Positions 36,074 through 47,625 of a stretch of 64,000 nt of DNA are shown piece by piece. The notes under the pieces are model-generated. The model saw only the letters and a list, made by a program, of their open reading frames with translations. It was not told the origin of the DNA and made no database searches. Made by a program: the position numbers and the translations under genes. The stretch is from Isurus oxyrinchus (lineage: Eukaryota): the NCBI GenBank assembly GCA_026770705.1, contig JANJGN010000026.1, forward strand, positions 32,240,001 through 32,304,000. Direction: 5' to 3'. How positions within the stretch are numbered: position 1 is the first letter of the stretch; the number at the start of each line of letters is the position of its first letter.

Positions 36074-37311
36074 GTCTGAGTGAATCTCTCTCAGTGAATG
36101 GGAAGGGAATGAGCCAGATATTGAGGAGAGAGGGGACCCGGGCTCTGTTCAGCTCATTGTTCCACCCACACACTGCAGGGGGCCAGGCCCATTGTGGCCT
36201 CACTCAGGATACGATTCCGAATAGTGCGTCTCATGCAACTTTCTAAAGAATGTGCTTGGGCTTGGCGTCCCCTGCTGGTGGATTCTGTTCAATCCGGTTT
36301 AGAATGGGGTCATTAGGTAGACTTAATATAGTCACATATGTGAATAGACTAGTTAAACTGGGGTTGTTCTTATTATATCTTTCTATTGAATCCTCGACCT
36401 GGAGGCAGGTCCGATCCACTGCACCACCGTGGGTAGAACAAGGAGGTAGGCCCCAAATCCACCCCAGCTGGAACAGGAATTGAACACCGTCCTGGCCTTC
36501 AAACTTGCTGAGCCAACAGTCCGCCCTCCTTCCAAGGATTCAGAAGAGGGTAAGATACCCATTGGCCACAAGACCGCCTTAAATCAAAGGAGGTAAGAGA
36601 GAGACTGAACTGAGGTTTTCAGATTTATGTGGGTTTGTTAGTGTAGATCGTGCATAACTGTTTCCAATTGCGGAACATTGGATATCACAAGGGGCCCGAT
36701 TTAGAGGGAAAAGCAGCTAGGGAAAGATTCGATTAATTTATCATACTGCGATTTGTTAAACTCTGGAAGGCAGAGCCCAATAGTATGGTGGAAGAAGATT
36801 CAACACCATACTTAAGAAGGAAATTGTATATAACTAGAAAGGGAAAATGCCAGGCTCTGTAGAAAATGTGGGCATTGAAAGCCGAACCGAAAAATCATTT
36901 GAAAGTGTCTCAGACATCACAGGCCGAGTGGCCTCATTCGGTGCTCTAAGATTCCATGTTTCTAGTGCCTCCCTGTCCCTCCCACTCTTCTTGTTCTCAA
37001 TCATTTGAACAGTAAACAGGTGCAGGATGGTCAGAGAGTTCTGAAGCTTCGACCGTTGCTATTTCCACTCCATCAGTTCCCAGTGCGGCTGAGAGTAACT
37101 GCACACTTCACTCAATATTCAGTCTGCGGTAACCCCTCCCACAGCTTCCGTTTGCTGCTCTCGCTCTTAACCGATTGTGTTATTGGAGAGATTGCTGCAG
37201 CTGGTCCAATCCTGTCATTGGCTGGATCAGCAGTGCAGTGGGATGGGTACATGTATTTCTGCTCCGACAGAGGATTTCTCGCACTGCAGAGTTACAGACC
37301 GAGGAAATGCC

Positions 37312-37814
37312 ATGGGAAACCATCTCACTCCACTCCTCATCATTATCTCACTTCTCAGTAAGTATTTCCATCCCAGTAAAACTCCGTTCTCCTTCTGACC
37401 TCTGCAATCCAGATGCTATTGTTGGTAAAATAATAGTGATGGCGGCGATGATGATTATGTTTATCAATAGGAAGCTGATTCTGATTGTCATCATTATTAT
37501 TTGTGTTAGAATGGGGTCACCAAGATACAGTGGAACAGCCGATTCCTGGAATAACGTTTGAAGAGGAAAGCAATGTCACATTAACCTACTCCTTGAAAAC
37601 AAGTGATTCTAACCTCTGTGTAAACTGGTACAGCCAGCGCACCGAGAAACCTCCAATGTACCTGTTTCGTCTTATTGTCGAGAATGTGCACAGGAATAAC
37701 GGCATCAATGATCGATTTTATTCTATGTCTAAAAAAAAAAATCAAGATTACCAAGCTAACGATCAATAACACACTGATCCCCGACAGCGCCGTGTATTCC
37801 TGTGCCAGGGACTC
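37312..37814 (+). pseudogene. TCR V pseudogene (V21; V6 family)
   Basis: Leader 37312-37357. Exon from 37510 has Cys23->Tyr and a frameshift in an A-run at ~37731. Heptamer TACACTG+24+ATTAAAACC. Confidence 0.9.
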
Positions 37815-37875
37815 TACACTGTCGCAAAGATATAGGGAATTTCACATTAAAACCATTATTGGCAGTTCCAACCAG

Positions 37876-37894
37876 TGCTCACCAGGGGGCGCGC
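37876..37894 (+). promoter_or_regulatory. CTCF motif ~24 bp after the V21 nonamer
   Basis: CTCACCAGGGGGCGC. Confidence 0.75.
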
Positions 37895-38439
37895 ACGCAC
37901 CGGTAATTCAGTTTTCACGGTGAGGGCGACAGGGAGACTCTTAAAATTACAACAAAACACAACACTCAATAACAGGAACGGGCCAGGCCACTTTCACAGT
38001 CATCTTAGTTTGTGATTGCACATGTCATTTATAATAGATTCACCAATTGTTCTGTGATGTCTTAACTCCTCTTCGCTTTCAACGCCTTTCCCTACCTATG
38101 TATTCATGACCACCCTTCTTTTTACTCATTTCTGAAAACTGTGCACATTTCCTTTTCCAGTCTTTAATTTAAACGTTTGCAGCTTTTTCTGCTCCCTTGT
38201 GCATTAATTCAGAAGAACTCCAACCCGGATGCTCATGTACTCAGGTTTGCATTCAATCCACATCACACTATTGGAAAATTTACTAATTCTGACACTCCTG
38301 TTGTGAGCCTGCTGGCCTGCAATATTGGACGAAGGTTAAACTACCGCAGTTGTTACAGAGAGGCAAAGGTATACAATTTTCAATTTGTGATGATTATAAA
38401 GTTCAGTTTCTTGTAGATAAATCCTACGTCTGACAATAC

Positions 38440-38787
38440 TGCCATTGGTCGCCCCGCCAACAGCTTCCTTTTGCTGTTTTCGTTCTGACCCACCTTGTCT
38501 GCCTTGTTTTGCTGAAGAGTTGTTGCTGCTTCTCCCTATTTGGCATTAGTTAGATCAGATGTCCAGTGGGGAGGCGATTTCCATTTCTACCCTGACAGAG
38601 CATTGCCACGGACAAGCACGGTTACAGACTCAGGGAACTTCATGTTGAATGTATCTAAGATCACTCCTCGTTATTATATCACTTCCCAATACGTATATGT
38701 TTCCCAGTAAAAATTCATTCGCCGCCTCGCTGCCGTATCCCAAACATTACTAATAACAAAATGCAAGTAATGATGATATGACGATAA
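38440..38787 (+). pseudogene. Orphan promoter + leader + intron of the V5/V23 family, V exon missing
   Basis: Aligns with ~40340-40690. Breaks off just before the V acceptor, at the tandem-duplication junction. Confidence 0.7.
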
Positions 38788-39200
38788 CTCCTTCAAAAAG
38801 TTTCGGGCACCATAGGCCGAGTGGCCTCTTTCGGTGCTCTAAGATTCTGTGGTTCTCGTCTCTTCATGCCACGCCCACTCTACTTGTTCTCAGTCACTTG
38901 AACAGTGAGCAGGTGCAGGGTGCTCACAGACTTCCGGAGATTCAACCGTCGCTATTTCCGCTCCACCAGTTCCAGGTGCAGCTGACAGTCACCGCACCCT
39001 TCAGTCAGTATTGAGTCTGCGGTATCCCCGCTCACAGCTTCCTTTGCTGCTCTCGCTCTGACCCGATTGGGTTATTGGAGAGGATGCTGCCGCTGGCCCA
39101 TTCCTGTCACTGGCTGGATCGGCAATGCAGTGGGACGGGGATCTGTATTTCTGCTCCGACAGAGGATTTCTCGCACTGCGGAGTTACAGGCTCAGGAAGT

Positions 39201-39696
39201 ATGATGGGGAACCGTCTCGCTCCGCTCCTCATCATTATCTCACTTCTCAGTAAGTACTTCCTTCCCAGTAAAACTCCATTCTCCTCCTGACTGCTGTAAC
39301 CGAGGTGTTTCTGTTGGTGGTGATGGTGATGGTGATGGTGGTGATGATCAATACGAGGCTGATGCTGATTGCCGTTGTTATTATTTCTATTAGAATGGAG
39401 TCGCCAAGACGCAGTGGAACAACCGGTTGCTGAAGTAAAGGTTGAAGAAGAAAGGAATGTCACATTTACCTGCACCTTGAAAACAAGCTCTTCAACCCTT
39501 ATGTGCACTGGTACAGTCATCACCGCGGGAAACCTCCAATGTACATGTTTCGTCTTGTTAGAGATTATGTGCAAAGGAACGCCGACCTCAATGAGAGGTT
39601 TTCTTCTATGTTTGATAAAAGTAACAAGATTACCGAGCTAACGATCAACAACACACTGATCCCCGATAGCGCCGTGTATTTCTGTGCCATGGAGCC
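39201..39696 (+). pseudogene. TCR V segment (V22; V6 family) with a single 1-nt frameshift in CDR1
   Basis: Leader 39201-39249 intact. Exon from 39394 shifts frame at ~39490; the rest is open to DSAVYFCAMEP. RSS CACACTG+24+ACAAAACAC (39697-39736). Confidence 0.88.
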
Positions 39697-39758
39697 CACA
39701 CTGCTGCAGAGATATAGGGGATTCCGTACAAAACACCCTCATTGGCAGTTCCAGTCAG

Positions 39759-39777
39759 TGCTCACCAGGGGGCGCAC
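39759..39777 (+). promoter_or_regulatory. CTCF motif ~24 bp after the V22 nonamer
   Basis: CTCACCAGGGGGCGC. Confidence 0.75.
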
Positions 39778-40538
39778 ACACCGGTAATTCAATTTCCACA
39801 TTGAGAGCGACAGAGATTCTGAAAATTGCAACAGAACGCAACACTCAAAAACAGCAACAGCTGAGGGTCCACTTGTAAAATTATATTAGTTTTTGGTTGC
39901 ACATTACATTTATAATAGATATGAAACTGACAAATCGACCCATGATGTCTTTCGCTCCGGTTTTTTTTTGTTTCCGACACCTTTCCCTTCCTAGTTGTTC
40001 CTTACCACTCTTGTTTTCAGAATTTTCTGAAAACTGTGCACATTTATTTTTTCCCGTCTTTAATATAAACACTTAAAACTTTTTCTACTGTCTTGCACAT
40101 TGATTCTGAACCACTCCAACCCGGCTGTTCATGTATTCAGGCTTGAGTTCAACCCATATCACTGATGAAGATTTCGCTTACGAGTGAATAATTTCCTAAC
40201 CCAGGCACTGGTGGTGCTGGCCCGCAATATGGAATGAGGATTAAACGACCGTTCTTGCAGAGAGACAAGGTTAGATATTTTTCAAAGGTGTGATTATTAT
40301 TGAGTTCGGTTCCTTTATAGATAAATGCCGCGTGAGGAAACACTGCCTGCGGCAGCCAAACCCACTGCTTCCTTTCCCGCTCTGACCCGCCTTATCTGCT
40401 CTGCTTTATTGGAAAGGTTGTTGCCGCTTTTCCCTGTTTGACATTGGTTGGATCAGCAGTCCAGTGGGGAACCGACTCCGATTTCTACCCTGACAGAACA
40501 TTTCCCTGGACTGAAGAGTTACAAACTCAGGGAACATC

Positions 40539-40976
40539 ATGTGAAACTATCTCAGACGACTCATTATTATAACACACTCAGTAAGTAAATGCTTCCCAGT
40601 AAAAGGAAAACATTCTCACTCAGGCTGCCCTAATCCAAACATTATTGAAGCAAAAATGTTTGTTATGTTGATGTAATGATAAATATTGTCATTGTCCATG
40701 TCAGAATGGAGCCATCAAGACTCATCGGAGCAGTCGGTACCTGAAATGATGGTTGAAGAGGAAAGGAATAAACTGCACCCTGGAAACAAGCGAACCCAGC
40801 CCTTACATGTCACGGTGCAGTCAGCAGCCCGGGCAGCCTCTACAGTGTGTGTTTTATACTTCCGAAGGATAGGAAAACGGAACACCGATTTTAGAGAGCG
40901 ATTCTCTTTCACGTATGTTAACGATTAGGAACGTCCTGATATTCAACACTGCCGTGTATTTCTGTGCCACGAAGAC
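40539..40976 (+). pseudogene. TCR V pseudogene (V23), inverted paralog of V5
   Basis: Leader ATG is followed by TGA. Exon from 40705 has internal deletions; ends TAVYFCATK. Heptamer destroyed, 24-nt spacer, GCAAAACCC. Confidence 0.87.
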
Positions 40977-41036
40977 CAAGCCTCTGCAGAGATATAGCGG
41001 AACCCGCGCAAAACCCGACACTGGGAGCGGCAGTGA

Positions 41037-41055
41037 GTGTCACTAGAGGGCGCTC
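41037..41055 (+). promoter_or_regulatory. CTCF motif ~23 bp after the V23 nonamer
   Basis: GTCACTAGAGGGCGC. Confidence 0.72.
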
Positions 41056-41871
41056 CCACTCTAATAATGCACAAGCAAAATCCGTCTCCCTGTGAGAGCC
41101 ACAGGGGCCATTCAAAACTGCAATAAACCACAACAATCAGCAAGAACAAGTGAGGTCCTGCAGCATTATATTGGCAACTCACATTTATAATGAAAAATAA
41201 ACTTCAGAAATGCACCATATAAAAACTTAAGTGACCTTCTATCCTTCTATATATTTTCCCTCTCTGTTCCCTCTCATCCCCGTCTCAATTTTTATTCGGA
41301 ATTGTTTAACCCTCCGTCTTTCAGTCTTTTAGTTAATAATATGAAACCTTTGTTTCTGTTTGCCATATTGATCCAGAACTGCTCCAACTAAGCTTTCTAT
41401 CAATAGAGGCTTTCAGGTCAGGTCAGTGGGTAAGGGAGGAATCACCCAGAAACTGCACAGCAGCATCTGAACATTTCTCAGAATCCCCAGCGGAGGGTGT
41501 CAGATCACAGGCAGTCTGCAGTGTATTATTGAACACATCACTGGATCCAGTGTAATGATGGCGCAGTCAGTTTCTAGTGCACCCGAATCGAGATTGTGTC
41601 TGATATAATTGTATGTGTGTTGGCTCCTGTTGATATAATAGTTTTATCTAATGCCTTAAAACAGAATCACGCACCACTGCAATATGGATAGAATTGAGTT
41701 AGTGCAATGATCCTGACACGGTTTAGTGTAATTTCAGTTAAAAATAGAAAATCCTTGTAATGTTCTGCAGGGCAGGCAGAATCTGAGGAGATAAACAGGG
41801 TTAATGTTTCATGTTAATGACAGTACATCAGAACAGGGGATTTTTGACTTGAAACTAACTCTGTTCCTCCA

Positions 41872-42095
41872 TTACGATGTTAAAACCCGAGTGGTACATT
41901 TGGTGCTGCAAGATCTGTGTTCACATTCCACTCCAGGGTTTATTGACAATGGAGTAACTCTTTCGACCACAAACCCGTTTCCATCTGTTTCAGATGAAGT
42001 TACATTGTTCCACAGTTTTGCCATTGTGAGATTTGAACTCTTGATCTTGGTGTTACAAACCCAGTACCATAACCACTTGGCTATTTAGGCCAAGC
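41872..42095 (-). mobile_element. tRNA-derived SINE
   Basis: Minus-strand head with A box TAGCCAAGTGG and B box AGTTCAAATC. Confidence 0.6.
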
Positions 42096-44954
42096 CTTGA
42101 CAATGAAGTATTCGTGCAAATCAAAGCAGGTTACTAATTAACCCCCGAAATCCTTCCGCCTTTCCACTCCTTCCTCCAAGAGTGAAGGCATGAAAAATAA
42201 ACAGAATCTATGTCTACATGTTGAGTCTTTCCAGCGTCGAACATTTTTATTTCAGATTTCCAGCATCTTCAGTATGTTACCTTTGTGCTTGTGGAATGGG
42301 AACTCGGCCCGATCAGGTCAGCATTAACTAATTGGTTGTATTCACATCCCTGAATTAAAAGGTTGTGGTTTCAAGTCCCAGTCCAAAGACTTGACCACAT
42401 AACGTGGGCTAATATTCACGGTGGTAATTTATATGTTAGTCTTTCTGTTCTTCAACCATTATTTTCTTAGACTCAGAAGGAGTGAGAGGAATTAAAGACA
42501 GAGCAACTCTGGGCAGTTTCTCCATCCAGCGATGGACGGGTTCCTGAAATATTGTTGCAGCTTTAACTTTCCAACTCACTCCTAAAAAAAATCAACAACT
42601 CCTCCTTCCTAGGATTTGCGAAGGGAGTTGTAACTGCCAGGCCGGGCAAGAATGGGGCCTGGTCTAATAATAATCACAGAGGCAGGCTCCAGTGTATCAA
42701 TAACAGAGGATGCTGGTAATCTTACATAAAGGCAGGCAAGGGAGCCGAGTAAACTCCTGGTTGTTATAAGAAGTGAAAGTGTAAGAAAGCAATGATGTTC
42801 AGGGCCTTAGCACAGGCTTCTGTTACATGGTGAGTGACACAGGGATTTCTGTGGTAAAAATGGATTGGAAACATCATAACAGAGGCCCGTGTGACTGACT
42901 CCACCTGATTAAGAGCTGTTAAACACAAGGGGAGGACAACCATGGCGGACTCCAGAGATTTCAGATATCTGAGGGGTCAATGGTGCATTTCTCAGAGGAA
43001 CAGAAAATAATCTGTTCCATCTCATTCTTACCGACAGTTCTCCATTTACAGACAGGCAAGGGCCGGACACAGCAGCTTGTGGAAACCAATGTTTAAATCT
43101 TCAGCATAACACACATGATTGAAAATATTAAAGACCAAAACTTCACCAGAGGAAAAATCAGAGCCACAAATGTTAAAGGTAATCCTGCTTTTTCTAAACA
43201 AGTTCTATCTAGTAATATTTTGTTCAAACTAGTGGTTTGTAAATAGGAATGAACTTCTGAAGGATTCTTGCTAATTATCGACATGCACACTCAAGTACTG
43301 CCAAAAGACAGGCTTAGCAGAAGACGAAAGCTGTATTACTATTCCATTTTATTCGGGCTCAATGAGGGACAAAGACCGACACAGAAAAGGTGCTGGGACA
43401 ATGATATCGATGAGCCATTCAATTGGTCCTATTCCCTATAATCCTTCAAATTTTAACCCCTTCAAGTATTTATATTTGATTCATTTTACAAAGTTCTATT
43501 GGTCTGATTCCATCGCCCTTTCAAGCTGTGCATTCCAGTTCAGAACAACTCGCAGTGTAAAAAAATAAACAATTATCATCCTGTTTTCCTGTTCAATAAA
43601 ATAAATCTGTGTCCTTTGGTTACCGACCCTCCTGCCACTTGAAATAGTCTCTCCTCATCTAAACTATCAAAACTTTCATGATTTTGAACACGTTTCATAG
43701 ACACACAGAGAGGTGGAGAGAGATAAAACTGAGCGTAGGAGAGTTAAATGAAAAAGGGAGGCGGAGAGAAACAGAGGAAACAAGTGCCGAGGGAGAGAGA
43801 ATGTTTTCAGGGAGTGTGAGTGTGTTGGGGGTTTGTGTGGAGGGGGTGTTGGGGTGTGGGGGACTGGAGGTGGTGGAGAATGACAGCGAAAAATGAAGGG
43901 TAGCAAACTTTCATTTCTCCGCTTCAGAGACCCGGGGGATCTCAGTGACTGATCCACTGGCCACCCAGTTATGTCCTGGAACAGATCACAACAGGCTCAT
44001 TTGTAAATGTCACTGTGATCAGTGTGACTCTGCCCTGACTCTGTGGCCAGATATAAGCCGCCTTGACAGATGTTCTTGCCAGATTGTGGCCCCTGGATTT
44101 ATTTTCTGCTCAGAAGTGAGATGTGCGGTTTGGAACCTGCAGCAGAGAAAGAAGAAGTTGTGTTACCTGAGGATGAAACAGCAGGCGTCAGTTTTATGTT
44201 ATCACTGTGAACAGTCTTCCTGTCTCTAAGGGTGAACTCACTCTGACAGCATCAAGGACAACCAGACAGATTACTGCTGGCCTCAGCAGTACATTCACCT
44301 CCATTCCCAATTTAAAGAATTAAATAAATGAGATTATATTGCTTATAAGATATTAACGGAAGGGGAATGGGAGAAAAGAGGGGAATTAAAACAATAATTT
44401 CGCTCACAGAGGCTAAAATAGAAAGTTTTAAGTTAGGTGCTATCTGAAATAAAGAGAGGAGAGAGGTTAAGTGAGGAAGCTGGTGCCTTTCTGGCACTGA
44501 ACATCCCTCTGATGAGGTTTAGGTGCTTAATCTTTTCAGTGATAATGTCCCTTATACAAAAGATTTAAACGTTGGTTCATCATAGCTGCCAGGTCCCTTG
44601 TGAGCCTGTGTAAGTGAGTTAAGTGAAGTCTGAGAGAAAGAAGAGAGGTTAACTGATTTAGATGTCGTCTGAGGCAGAGGAATAGAGGGTAGAAGTTTAG
44701 TGAGTCAATTGAAGGATGTATTTCCCTTGACAACGGGATGGCCAGCTTGACATTACTTTCCAGAGCACGCAAGACAATGCATTACTGATACATATTAATG
44801 GTAGCATAGGATCTGCAAGTATGTTCTCAATAAGCTATCAAAACATGCTGAAAAATAGTTGTAATGTCTTTTGCAAGCAATGAAAAATGATGTTTTCCAG
44901 ACGTAACCGCCTCCACAAGCACACATATTGCTGCACACATTCACACACAAACAC

Positions 44955-47625
44955 AGAATCACAGAATAACACAGTGCAGAAGAGGCCCTTTGGCCCATCT
45001 AGTCTGCACCAATACGTGAGAAACACCTGACCTACCTATCTAATCCGATTTACCAGTACATGGCCCATAGCCTTGAATGTTATGACGTGCCCAGTGCTCA
45101 TCTAGGTACTTTTTAAAGGATGAGAGGCAACCCGCCTCCACCACCCTCTCATCAGCGCATTCCAGACCGTCACCACCCTCTGGGTAAAAAGGTTTTTCCT
45201 CACAGTTCCCCTAAATCTCCTGCCCCTCACCTTGAACTTGTGTCCCCTCGTGACTGACTCTTCAACTCAGGGGAGCAGCTGCCTCCTATCCACCCTGTCC
45301 ATGCACCTCATAGTCTTGTACACTTGATTATGTCGCCCCTCAGTCTTCTCTGCTCCAGCGAAAACAACCCAAATCTATCCAACCTCTCTTCATAACTTAA
45401 ATGTTTCATCCCAGGCAACATCCTGGTGAATCTCCACTGCACCCCCTCCAGTGCAATTACATCCTTCCTATAATATGGAGACAAGAACTGCACACAGTTC
45501 TCCAGCTGTGGCCTCACCAAGGTTCTATACAACTCCAACATCACCTCCCTACATTTGTAATCTATGACTCGATTGATAAAGGTAAATGTCCCATATGCCT
45601 TTTTCACCACCCCACTAAATGCTCCTCTGCCTTCAGAGATCTATGGGCACACACGCCAAGGTCCCTTTGTTCCTTACAACTTCCTCATGTCACGCCATTC
45701 ATTGAATACTTCCTTGTCAAATTACTCCTTCCAAAGTGTATCACCTCACACTTCTCAGGGTTAAATTCCATCTGCTATGTATCTGCCCACTTGACCATCC
45801 CGCCTATATCTTCATGTAGCCAAAGCCGCTCAACATTACTGTTAACCACCTGGCCAATCATTCAGCCCACCTTGTCTGCACTGATACGTGAGAAACACCT
45901 GACCTACCTACCTAATCCCATTTACCAGCACATGGCCCATAGCCTTGAATGTTATGACGTGCCAAGTGCTCATCTAGGTACTTTTTAAAGGATGAGAGGC
46001 AACCCGCCTCCACCACCCTCTCATCAGCGCATTCCAGACCGTCACAACCCTCTGGGTAAAAAGGTTTTTCCTCACAGTTCCCTTTTTATTAATCCTACAC
46101 CCACATAGTGATCGATGTCATTTATATAAATAACGAATAACTGGGGGCCCAGCACAGATCCCTGTGGTACGCCATGGACATTGGCTTGCAGTCATTAAAG
46201 CAGCATTCTGTCATCACCCTCTGTCTCCTACAACTAAGCCAATTTTGAATCCACCTTATCAAATTATCCTGTATCCCATGTGCATTTGCCTTCTATATAA
46301 ATCGCCCATGTGGGACCTTGTCAAAGGCTTTGCTGAAATCCATATAAACTACATCAACTGTACTACCCTCGTCTGCACACCTGGTCACCTCCTCGAAAAA
46401 TGCAATCAAATGTGTTAGGCATGATCTCCCTCTGTCAAAGCCATGCTTACTTTCCCTGATCAAATCTTGCCTTCTCAGGCGGAGATACGTTCTCTCCTTC
46501 AGAATTTTCTCCAATCCTTTCGCTACCACTGACGTGAGACTCACTGGTCTGTATTTCCCTGGCTTAACTCTACAACCCTTCTTATATAGCGCTACCACAT
46601 GCGCTGTTCTCCAGTCCTCTGACACCTCCCCCCTGACCAGAGACGGATTAAAAAATTGGGTCTGCGAAATCTTCCCTTGCTCCTTCAGCAGTCTGGGGCA
46701 CAAATCATCCAGGCCTGGACATTTGACCACTTTTAAGCCTGCCAACACCTCCAATACCTTGTCACTCATTGTTTCAGTTTGCTCAAAAACCTCGCAGTCT
46801 CTCTCCCCAAGCTCCATACCTTTATCATGATTCCCTTGAGTGAAGACGGATGTGAAGTATTCGTCTAATGCTCTACTGATTCCTCTGGCTCCACCCATAC
46901 ATTTCCCCCTTGGTCCCTTATGGGCCCTGCTCTTTCCCTGGTTATCCTCTTCCCATTGATATACTTATAGAATGCCTTGGGATTTCCCCTACTTTTACTC
47001 AGCCAGAGATTTCTCATATCCCCTCTCTTCTCTCCTATTTGCTTTCTGAAGCTCCACCCTGCACTTTCTGTACTCCACTAATGCCTCTGCTGATTTGCTC
47101 CCCTTGTACCTGCTAAAAGCCTCTGTTTCCTTCTCATCGTATCCTGAATATCTCTGGTCATCCATGGTTCTCTGGGCTTGTTACTCTTTCCTATCACCCT
47201 GGAGGGAACATGTTGAGCCCTCCACTGCTCCCCCCACAAGTCGCTGTTCCCAATCTACCTTGGCCAGATTCTGCTTTATTTTACTAATTTCTGTTCCCCC
47301 CGAATCCAAAACAATTTTTTGCAACTTGTCTAACTCTTTGTCCATAATAAGCTTAAATTGTACCATGTTGTGTTCACTATCACTAAGATGCTCCCCCACC
47401 ACGACCTCTGTGACTTCATTACCCAGAATTAGGTCCAGCAATGCACCCTTGTTGGGCCCTCGATATATTGACCTAAAAGGTTCTCCTGTACAGATTTTAA
47501 GGAATCCACTTCATCCAAGCCCTTAATACTATGTCTATCTCAATTAATGTTGGGAAAGTTGAAATCACCAAATATAATTACCCTATTATTATTGTTTTTA
47601 CACACCTCTGCAAATTGTGCACATA
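44955..47625 (-). mobile_element. CR1 LINE remnants with a duplicated 3' tail
   Basis: ORF2 pieces (YRPVSLTSVVAK, VYMDFSKAFDKVPH, VIIFGDFNFPNIN); 45860-46085 duplicates ~44990-45210. Confidence 0.9.

Noticed and set aside
3085-40976. Pseudogenes as a chicken-type gene-conversion donor pool
   Set aside because: The pseudogenes are full of stops and frameshifts and belong to divergent families, unlike ORF-preserving conversion donors. No positive evidence in the sequence.
197-41000. NAR-TCR cassettes, IgH-like V (TAILV) or germline-joined VDJ
   Set aside because: No D or J segments and no 12-RSS were found between V genes. Most V genes have their own leader and end in an unrearranged RSS. None shows clear IgHV framework motifs by eye; a phylogeny is needed to exclude this fully.
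44005-44212. CACTGTG heptamers (44011, ~44203) as D/J RSS
   Set aside because: No nonamer at the correct spacing.
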